A stretch of 48,247 nucleotides of DNA from Octopus bimaculoides (Eukaryota): positions 144,350,080-144,398,326 of the forward strand of contig NC_068983.1 of assembly GCF_001194135.2 (NCBI RefSeq). Direction: 5' to 3'. Made by a program: the position numbers and the translations under genes. This document shows, one piece after another, positions 38,548-48,247 of the stretch (the first letter of the stretch is position 1; the number at the start of each line of letters is the position of its first letter). The notes under the pieces were generated by a model that did not search any database, was not told the origin of the DNA, and worked only from the letters and a program-made list of their open reading frames with translations.

Positions 38548-38562
38548 TTATTATTATTGTTA

Positions 38563-38820
38563 CTCTGAGAGGTGCGGGTTCGAGTCCAGTGGCTATCTGT
38601 TGATAACTTTGAAGGCGGCGAGCTGCCAGAATCCTTTGCACGCCGGACAAAATGCTTAGATGCATTTCGCCTGCCTTCATGTTCTGTGTTCAAATTCCGC
38701 CGAGGTCGACTTTGCATTTTATCCTTCCAGGATCGATAAAATAAGTACCAGTTGAGCATTGGGTCAATGTAATCGACTTACCCCACCCATAAAATTGTTA
38801 GCCTTGCGCTAAAATTTGAA
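38563..38820 (+). mobile_element. SINE family B with an upstream extra B-box segment
   Basis: GGTTCGAGTCC at about 38576, then the family B body from about 38612, then an (ATC/ATT)n tail. Confidence 0.8.
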
Positions 38821-38881
38821 ATTATCATCATCATCCGCATCATCGTTATAATCATCATTATTATCATCATAATTATTATTA

Positions 38882-39400
38882 TTGCCCAAATGCAATGCCA
38901 GACTATGGCTCTCATGGCTTCTGATCTTAAGTGATTGGAAGCGTTATCATGTACATTGTTTTGTCTTGGTAGAAAAGATAGGCTACAGCAAATATTCTGC
39001 CCAATACCACAGATTTGCTACTCAGTTGCTTGACCTTCACCAGTTGAGAATGTTCCTTAGTGGCTGGCGGTATGTGTATCTCTGATCACGAGCAGAAGCA
39101 GTGGGCGAGCATCATACCCATAGGTTGAGAGGAATGCTTTGGGGCTTGGATGGTTCGCTTCTGCTAGCATGCGTGTTTCGTTCAACATCCTTAAACAACC
39201 CTTATTCAGGAACCTTTTGAGCAGGATGGGCTACACGAACTGAAGAAAATTCTAACAGGACCCCACCTGCAAGGTCATGCGCTGTTTATCTTTATATGTC
39301 ACGAACATATGGTTGTGATGCATGTGCCAAGTGTACCCTTATCCAACGGGTAGTCATGATGGGTAAACTAGGCTTCGTATATTTTACCCCGGTGTCATTT
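38882..39400. mobile_element. Probable unclassified interspersed repeat
   Basis: Non-coding, less AT-rich block bounded by (ATT)n and a SINE. I recall it as a common octopus repeat, but there is only one copy in this window. Confidence 0.3.
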
Positions 39401-39402
39401 TG

Positions 39403-39690
39403 ATGATAAAGTACTCAGCCGGTCTCTAAGAGATGCAGATTCGAGTCCCGTAGCTGTGTGCTGACAACTTTTAAGGCAGCGATCTGGCAGAATCGTCAGT
39501 ATGCCGGACAAAATGTTTAGCGGCATTTCGTTTGTCATTACATTCTGAGTTCAAATTCTGTCGATGACGGCATTGCGTTTCTGCCTTTCATCCTTTCGGG
39601 GTCGATAAAAGAAGTATCAGTTGAAAATTGGGGCCGATGTAATCAACTTAACCCCCTCTACTAAAATGACTGGCCTTGTGCTAAAATTTG

Positions 39691-39692
<2 letters not shown>
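39403..39692 (+). mobile_element. SINE family B with the same upstream tRNA-like segment, (ATC)n tail
   Basis: 39423-39472 aligns to 38563-38612, and the body matches family B. Confidence 0.8.
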
Positions 39693-39732
<40 letters not shown>

Positions 39733-39742
39733 CCATCATCAC

Positions 39743-39787
<45 letters not shown>

Positions 39788-39804
39788 TATTATCATTATT
39801 GTTT

Positions 39805-40020
39805 ATTAGGCGTCGAGCATCAGAATCGCTAGCGTGTAGTACAAAATGTTTAACGGCATTTTCTCTGTCTTTTAATTTGAGTTCAAATGTCACCGATGTC
39901 AACTTTTCGTTCTTTGAAGGTGGACAAAACAAGTACCAATTGAAGACTTGGTTCAATGTAATTGCGTAGCTTCTTCTCCCAAAATTTCTGGCATTGTGCA
40001 TAGTGTAGAAATGATTATTA
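39805..40020 (+). mobile_element. Old SINE family B copy
   Basis: AGGCGTCGAGCATCAGAATCGCTAGC...GAGTTCAAAT...AAGTACCAATTGA. Confidence 0.7.
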
Positions 40021-40299
40021 TTAACCGCAAACATGCACACACGCGCAAACAGATACACATACAGAAATATATATTGAAAAATCAGTATGTACACATCCTT
40101 CTCTGAATAATATTTTCTCCGTTATCAATAAAAGTGCAGACGTAACTTTCATATAGAATAGTGAAAATATACAAGGGTTTAATAGTTTTCATAACGGTGA
40201 ATTTACAGTCACAAGAAGACATGTTTCTTAAACTCTCAAATACTTATCTCAGTTGAAATTAAATTAATGGCGGTAGCAATTTCCTCCTAAAAAGGAAAT

Positions 40300-40800
40300 A
40301 TGACGAAGAAAGAAAGATGGACGGAATTTAAATATTGTCAGTCTCTAGAGACACTTAATAAAGACTTAATAAAAATTGATGACAAACTGTGGAACTTATT
40401 CCGGTGTGAATGCAATAAAGGACAACAGGAACATAGTGAAGAAGAAACCTATCCTATCTGTTCAGGATCTGAAGACAACGATAAAATTGTAATTTGCAAG
40501 AGCGATAGCAGCAATTTGTTTGTGGTTAGGAACAAAGGTGAATACGTTACAATACTCAACAGCTATGCGATAACAGGAAATTCATCAATATTTAAAACAC
40601 AACACCATAGAACTAAAATCTAGATTCAATAAATTATTCGCAGCTGTAAATTCTCAGAAGGGTTTACATTCCTTTCCAATACACAGAGGGAAAGATTAAA
40701 TATATGTCTCTATAGCACAGTAAAGATACGTAGGCAAATTAACCCTCTCGACATATAATCTTCTAAATCAAAACTCCAACTTGAAACAATGCTCAGCAAC
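40300..40800 (+). mobile_element. Decayed Penelope-like RT N-terminal fragment
   Basis: DNDKIVICKSDSSNLFVVRNKGEYVTILNS resembles IVILKPDKGNGVVVMNK.DY. A YFLPKIHK-like remnant follows downstream. Confidence 0.5.
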
Positions 40801-40884
40801 TTGATAGCATCATAAAGTAATAGCACAAGGGATATAAAATATGCACTTTCGGATGAGTTCATTGAATCTTTAATATGAACATAC

Positions 40885-41018
40885 AAAGTTGGCAGGCGAC
40901 TTTGCCTTTCATCCTTTCGGGGTCGATAGATTAAGTATCGGTTGCGTACTGGGGTCGATCTAGTCGACTGACCCTCTCCCCAAAACGTCGGGATTTAGGC
41001 CTAGAGTAGAAAAGAATA
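40885..41018 (+). mobile_element. SINE family B, 3' half
   Basis: CGACTTTGCCTTTCATCCTTTCGGGGTCGATAGATTAAGTATCGGTTGCGTACTGGGGTCG...AGTAGAAAAGAATA. Confidence 0.85.
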
Positions 41019-41176
41019 TTTCCACGGAGTGTGTAGAAAGTATTTCAGCCAATGTTCTTGTAGCAGAAAGGTTAAACATAATATTTGGTTGGGCATGTAA
41101 TTATGTATGCATTATATATATGCATATGCGTACGTGCGAACGTATGTATGTATACATGCTTACATACACACACACG

Positions 41177-41243
<67 letters not shown>

Positions 41244-41249
41244 TCATCC

Positions 41250-41327
<78 letters not shown>
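41177..41327. repeat. (TATC)n microsatellite
   Basis: Seen directly, runs into an N-gap. Confidence 0.95.
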
Positions 41328-41979
41328 NNNNNNNNNNNNNNNNNNNNNNNNNNNNNNNNNNNNNNNNNNNNNNNNNNNNNNNNNNNNNNNNNNNNNNNNN
41401 NNNNNNNNNNNNNNNNNNNNNNNNNNNNNNNNNNNNNNNNNNNNNNNNNNNNNNNNNNNNNNNNNNNNNNNNNNNNNNNNNNNNNNNNNNNNNNNNNNNN
41501 NNNNNNNNNNNNNNNNNNNNNNNNNNNNNNNNNNNNNNNNNNNNNNNNNNNNNNNNNNNNNNNNNNNNNNNNNNNNNNNNNNNNNNNNNNNNNNNNNNNN
41601 NNNNNNNNNNNNNNNNNNNNNNNNNNNNNNNNNNNNNNNNNNNNNNNNNNNNNNNNNNNNNNNNNNNNNNNNNNNNNNNNNNNNNNNNNNNNNNNNNNNN
41701 NNNNNNNNNNNNNNNNNNNNNNNNNNNNNNNNNNNNNNNNNNNNNNNNNNNNNNNNNNNNNNNNNNNNNNNNNNNNNNNNNNNNNNNNNNNNNNNNNNNN
41801 NNNNNNNNNNNNNNNNNNNNNNNNNNNNNNNNNNNNNNNNNNNNNNNNNNNNNNNNNNNNNNNNNNNNNNNNNNNNNNNNNNNNNNNNNNNNNNNNNNNN
41901 NNNNNNNNNNNNNNNNNNNNNNNNNNNNNNNNNNNNNNNNNNNNNNNNNNNNNNNNNNNNNNNNNNNNNNNNNNNNNNN

Positions 41980-42037
<58 letters not shown>

Positions 42038-44627
42038 CAATGCATGTATGTATTAACGTATATGTATAAATATATATATATTTATATACATGTATATATA
42101 CATATAGATATACATACATATTTCTGCATACATATATGTATTTTTTTTTTGTGTTTGTGTTTCTACTTACTTACGCGTGTACGTACTCTCAGTGCCTTGA
42201 AAGCATAATCGCCTTACGGATATGGAAGAATACACAAACCATATACACATATATACTAGAAAAAACCGAGTGGGCAATAATTATAGAGTAGATAAATAAG
42301 ACCGCACAGCACGTATCACAACAAACCACACACTAGCAGTTAGGAACAGTACAAAAAGTACAGACTAAAAGCCTGTGCCATTACATCAAAAACCTCAAAA
42401 CCAGAGAAAGTACTTTACGCAACCTATGTAATCTACGAATTTCAATATAAATATCATGAACCAAATTCTTAGACAAGCATAAGATATTCTTGTCGGTCGA
42501 CATGCATATGATATAAAGGACGATTAAAGCACTTGATATAAAAAACGAAACGAAACTATATTGAAAATGTTTAGACGATAATACTACCACCCTGCTATAA
42601 TAGCAGTAAAAACAAAATTTTTATGTTACTTATGTATGGAAGATTTATGTATAGTAAAATACACATAGACATTGTGCATACGGAAAATCAATTAACCGAA
42701 TAAACCTGTAATTACTGTCTATTTTTAACCTAGTGATGGCGGTTTTATCAGTCACGACATATTTCACACAATGTCATGTTGCATAGTACAAAAGCGTTGC
42801 ATCATTGGCCCAATATTACCATCTCATTCAAAATATATGATTGAACAGGTTATGAAACGTTAACGAGTTAAAGACCAGATTGTTTAAAAAAATTATTTAT
42901 GGCTAATAAACCGTATTTCTCCCTCACTCTCTCTTTATCTCTCTCTCTCTGTATATATTATATTTATGTATGTATGTATGTATGTATGTATGTATGTATG
43001 TGCATACAATATGCACATGTGTTTCCGTGGACATGTTTTATTTCTTTTTGACCTTTCACAGTTTGCCGTCGTCTGTTACGTAACAAACCGTCGAATAATT
43101 CTACCAGTATAAAATTTCTTATCTATTTGTTCAACAATACGGTTAGCATAATTTTTAATATGTTCTTTTAAGCTGATCTCAGTAAATTTAGCTCTTATCC
43201 AGTGTTTTGACCTCAGGCTATTAAGCTCATTTCATCGAAATAATAATGTCAAACATAATTCAGATTTAATCTGATTTAAATTATATGTCTATTATTTTCA
43301 ACGCTATTTGTATTTAATGTTATTTTTATTTATTATACTCGAGGTGGGCGTTAAGGTAATTGATTCATTTAACAACAAATATTGTTAATTTAGTGTTTGT
43401 AGTTGGTTAAATATAAAAACTTTATCATGTAAAATTCTATTTTTAAAACATTTTCGGAAGTTTTCTGTATAAATAAATGGAAAGATTACATTGTTTATTG
43501 AAGTGTTGTTGCTCTTGGCCATATTACCTGCATTTTATGCATTTATGGTAATGTTTTCATATGATATGAACCTGTCATATATGAAGTATGTTTACTCTGC
43601 TTAATTACACTAACATTGCATACTTATGGAAATATATTTTAAATGGAATATTTACTTTAACAAAAGATTTGTGGCCATCTTTTGTTTTAAGAAAGGATTT
43701 TCAAATTAAGATTTTCTGAAATGCTTATGTTATTAAAATAATCTCCACATAAAATTTTTTAAATGTTCGAGCTATTATACCAAAATAGTTTAGTTTCCCT
43801 CCGCAATGATTATTTCTTCAAGTTTTCAACAATAATATCGCTATTAAGCATTACGGTTTTTTGCAAAAATTTAGGGACATCGTATCCATAAATTTAGAAG
43901 CCATTAGTATACTCCTCATACATGTAGCATATATTAAAATTTACCCATAGATACAAATTTTGTTCATCATTTATTGTCTTCTGTATGATACCATTCCATT
44001 ATGTATCCTTTTCCGACTTCACATTTTCCGTCATTCTTTACACGACCTGCTTGTGAAAATTTTTTCTATGATCATTTGGTGGACAAAAAGACAAAGCTTC
44101 ATTTTACTGAATACGTCTTAAGTGAGCTGTTCACAAGTAGATGACAGATTTATAAGGTGGAGAAACATTTTTATTGTTATATTCTTCATTTCTTAATATG
44201 TCTGGGTGTATACAAACATATAGACGCAAGTATATGATTGTGTGCTTGGGAATGGATAATTATAGTATGTATACATGGTATAGTATGTATACATACATGT
44301 ATGTATGTACGTTGGTATGATATGTATACATACATGTATGTATGTACGTTTGAGTTGGTGAAGATACATTGAAACTCGTGAAACACAGACACACACACGC
44401 AAACACACATACAAACACACAAACACACACGACGGGTTTCTTTCAGTTTCTGTCTACGAAATCCATTCACGAAATTTTGGTCGGTCCAAGGACACAAAGC
44501 TGCACTTGTGCCTACATTATATATCTATATAGTTCTGCTTGTGTGCCGCGAGTATATGTGCATAAATATATGTGAGTGCTTAATAAACATACATACATAC
44601 ATATTTATATATATATATATGTATATA

Positions 44628-44985
44628 CATTATTAAAGAAATTTTAAATGTAATTGAAATATTCATTAAAGACAATAAAAAATATAAGGACATTTTCTGT
44701 AGTGAGAACGTAGGAGTGGGTTATTCTACTACTAATAATGTGGGTAACATTATCTCATCCTTTAATAAGTTTAAATTGAATAACTTTTACAATAACAAAT
44801 TAAGCAATACTTCCAATAATAATAATAGTAATAATAAAGACCAGAATATATCTAATTGCACATGCAGAGATAAGACTAAATGCAAATTTAATAGTAAATG
44901 TAATTTGGAGGATGTAGTATATAAATGTGTAGTGGCTCTGAATGATGCTAATATTAGGAATAGTTATAATTTAAACACTACATCG
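44628..44985 (+). mobile_element. Penelope-like fragment at the start of the GIY-YIG region
   Basis: VGYSTTNNVGNIISSFNKFKL...CTCRDKTKCKFNSKCNLEDVVYKC matches the SYS..N...II..HN / CNC...CPL.G.C....VVY block. Confidence 0.75.
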
Positions 44986-45260
44986 GTTCAACCTCTAATA
45001 AAATAAAATTAAATTAAATCACGAGTGCCTCCACAGACCCGGATGTACGAGTCTGTAGGATGCTTAGTTACTTAAACGCTAATTCTACAAGTTGGTATTA
45101 CAGTTAATCATACAGCTACATAGTCATCATGGAAACCGACAAAGAACCATTTAAATGTATCTTTTATCTTTTAATCCTTTCAGTCATTGCCCTGCAACTA
45201 TGCAAGTGCACCTCTTTGAAGAGTTTCGTCTAACGAATCAACCCCAGTACATTTTGTTCT

Positions 45261-45575
45261 GCCGGGTGCAGTTCCACAGCGTGGCACCTTGGGCAAGTGT
45301 TTTCTACTATAGCCTCGGGCCGACCAAATCCTTGTGAGCGGATTTTGTACACTGAAACTGAAAGAAGCCTGTAGTATATACATACATGTATATATCTGTG
45401 TGTTTGTGTCCGTGTTTGCCCCTCCACTATCTTGGTGTGTTTACGCCCCCGTAACATAGCGGTTTGGCAAAATAACCGATAGAATAAATACTAGGCTTAC
45501 AAAGAATTAGTCCAGAGGTCGATATCTTCGACTAAAAGGCGGTGAACCAGCAAAATGACTGAAACAAGGAAAAAG
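45261..45575 (+). mobile_element. SINE family A, 5'-truncated
   Basis: Matches 45640-45986. It is preceded by an inverted SINE tail at about 45155-45258. Confidence 0.85.
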
Positions 45576-45592
45576 TGTAATATATATATATT

Positions 45593-45986
45593 AGGCGTAG
45601 GAGTGGCTGTGTGGTAAGTAGCTTGCTTACCAACCACATGGTCCCGGGTTCAGTCCCACTGCGTGGCATCTTGGGCAAGTGCCTTCTACTATAGCCTCGG
45701 GCCGACCAATGCCTTGTGAGTGGATTTGGTAGACGGAAACTGAAAGAAGCCCGTCGTATATGTGTATATATATGTGTATGTGTGTGTGTGTTTGTATGTC
45801 TGTGTTTGTCCCCCCAACATCGCTTGACAACCGATGCTGGTGTGTTTATGTCCCCGTAACTTAGTGGTTCGGCAAAAGAGACCGATAGAATAAGTACTAG
45901 GCTTCCAAAGAATAAGTCCTGGGGTCGATTTCTTCGACTAAAGGCGGTGCTCCAGCATGGCCGCAGTCAAAAGACTGAAACAAGTA
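45593..45986 (+). mobile_element. SINE family A, near full length
   Basis: A box TGGCTGTGTGGTAAG, B box GGTTCAGTCCC, TTGGGCAAGT (CORE/V-domain-like) segment, internal microsatellite, 3' domain. Confidence 0.92.
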
Positions 45987-46131
45987 NNNNNNNNNNNNNN
46001 NNNNNNNNNNNNNNNNNNNNNNNNNNNNNNNNNNNNNNNNNNNNNNNNNNNNNNNNNNNNNNNNNNNNNNNNNNNNNNNNNNNNNNNNNNNNNNNNNNNN
46101 NNNNNNNNNNNNNNNNNNNNNNNNNNNNNNN

Positions 46132-46173
<42 letters not shown>

Positions 46174-46230
46174 CACATGTGTGTACATATGAATATATGT
46201 ATGTGTGTGTATGTTTGTATATGTTATATA

Positions 46231-46509
46231 TGAAGGTGCATGGCTTAGTAAAGGCGCATGGCTCAGTGCTTAGACCGCGCGTTGCGTTGTGTTCTTCAGC
46301 AATGCACTTCATTTCACGTTGTTGTGCGATCATTTCGTCATGTGACATGTGGCACATCGTGCACCTGTAGACGTAATGTTGATTTGATGGAGGAAGTGAG
46401 GCTCTGTGAACACAAACATTGATCACTATAAACAAATCATCTGTGTCGTTGTTCGGTAAGAAATTGCCGAAACCTCATATGACGTCTAAGGACGGGAGAG
46501 TCCATGATG

Positions 46510-46511
<2 letters not shown>
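46231..46511 (+). mobile_element. SINE related to family D (duplicated, partly deleted head; different tail), (CA)n tail
   Basis: TGAAGGTGCATGGCTTAGTA then AAGGCGCATGGCTCAGTG...TTGTGTTCTT.AGCAA..CACTT.ATTTCAC, as in 31440-31561. Confidence 0.7.
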
Positions 46512-46604
<93 letters not shown>

Positions 46605-46974
46605 GTGCAATGGCTGAAGAAAATAGTCTAATAAAGGAGCATATGTGTGTATGTATATATATGTGTGTATGTATATATATGTGTGTATGTATATATACGT
46701 AAGTATAAAATACATATATATATATAAATGTGCGCGTGTATAAACAGTATAATTGAACACGGAACTATGTGTTTGCGATACTTACCACACAGCCACACCT
46801 ACCATTTTAGCGATCTGACAGGAGTAATGATATACAGAACTGTACGACATATGATATAGAGTACATGTCATGAACTACTTACCTCGAGAAGGAAATAACC
46901 GTAATCTTTATTTCAATCAGTAAGCTTACATCGCATCATATTTTATGAAGTTCTACACAAACATATGATATTTA

Positions 46975-47027
<53 letters not shown>

Positions 47028-47058
47028 GACATACAGACACAAACACACAAACACACAG

Positions 47059-47093
<35 letters not shown>

Positions 47094-47589
47094 AACACAC
47101 ACACACAGAGACAGACACACATACAGACACACACACACACACACACAGAGACAGACATACAGACACACACACAGANNNNNNNNNNNNNNNNNNNNNNNNN
47201 NNNNNNNNNNNNNNNNNNNNNNNNNNNNNNNNNNNNNNNNNNNNNNNNNNNNNNNNNNNNNNNNNNNNNNNNNNNNNNNNNNNNNNNNNNNNNNNNNNNN
47301 NNNNNNNNNNNNNNNNNNNNNNNNNNNNNNNNNNNNNNNNNNNNCACACACAGGAGCATACACCCAACCACGCATGTACCAGCGCTTTGAAGTTCTTTAT
47401 CGTCTCTATGACCTCGAAAAATTCAATAGTATTTCTCCCTTTCCTTTTTCCTGCTTACTTCCTGACCTTCAACCTTTTATCTCTTAATTTCTAATTTTAC
47501 TCTTTCCTTGAAATCGCAGTATACCAAATTGAAACGTATAGTAAATGGGTCTTGGTCGGTTTCTATGATGACTATTTAGTTCTTCGATG

Positions 47590-47680
47590 AATTAAACTTG
47601 CAGCTCATTAAATTATCGTGTAAGTGGCTGAGTATTCCATAGACTTGTACACTCGTATATCAGTGTGATGTAATCTAGAA
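47590..47680 (-). mobile_element. SINE family C tail fragment
   Basis: AAATTATCGTGTAAGTGGCTGAGTATTCCATAGAC resembles 21644-21680. Confidence 0.55.
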
Positions 47681-48247
47681 AGACAAGATTTGAAATGAAA
47701 ATACAGTCCGTCCGATGCAGTTCTCCACAGTTTCCATTTGCGCTCTTTCCATCCACGCAGTTACACTGGAGACGCCTGGAACAATCTGAGTATAAGGTGA
47801 ATGATATTTACCGAAGATACTATGCACTGAGATCGAATCAAGAATATTGTTATTTCGAAATGAACTTATTAACGATTCCAGTTTCTATATCCAGATTATA
47901 AACTCACATTTATTGCAATAATAATTGGTGTGCTTGGCTTTGTGAGTAAATGCGCAAGTGACAATTTGGATAAATTAGGGTCTTCAAAAAATGAAGTCAA
48001 CTAACGAATTTACACTTTGCAAACACAATCTGTAAGTGGAACAATATAAACATGCAAGACTAAAATGTGAGATTGGTTTTGTTATCTATGTTCCAAAGAG
48101 GGAGCTTTGTATCTTTATTAGAAACCAGCTTCTTCCTCAAAGGAAGAATTTAAATAATTAAAACCAGAAGAGAATATATTTGCATACATTACATACACAA
48201 AAACACATACATACGTGCATGAATACGTACATACATACGTACATGTA

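Noticed and set aside
40300-40623. 107-aa ORF as a host gene
   Set aside because: It resembles a decayed Penelope N-terminal block, and the homology continues past the stop.

Overview
AT-rich eukaryotic DNA dominated by repeats. The SINE, LINE and microsatellite content suggests an octopus genome (inference from repeat families as I recall them, not a database match). Fifteen N-gaps interrupt the window, nearly all flanked by microsatellites. I found no intact protein-coding gene, rRNA, true tRNA gene or CRISPR array. Most long ORFs in the track are microsatellite or N-gap artefacts. The recognisable coding remnants are all transposon-derived: R4/Dong-type restriction-like-endonuclease (RLE) LINEs (about 8 pieces), Penelope-like elements (5 pieces), two mariner remnants and one RTE-like 3' end with two C2H2 fingers. 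At least four tRNA-derived SINE families are present (my labels A-D). Four structures stand out. (1) A cluster of up to six hammerhead-ribozyme-like motifs at 7.65-11.1 kb, two of them in the mirror arms of a foldback. (2) An interleaved inverted repeat A-B-A'-B' at 25.5-26.5 kb. (3) A LINE fragment with an internal inversion and a 3'-to-3' junction, nested in a TSD-bounded SINE at 31.0-31.6 kb. (4) A same-strand chain of Dong pieces in trinucleotide microsatellites at 35.5-38.5 kb. All alignments were done by eye, so element boundaries are approximate.
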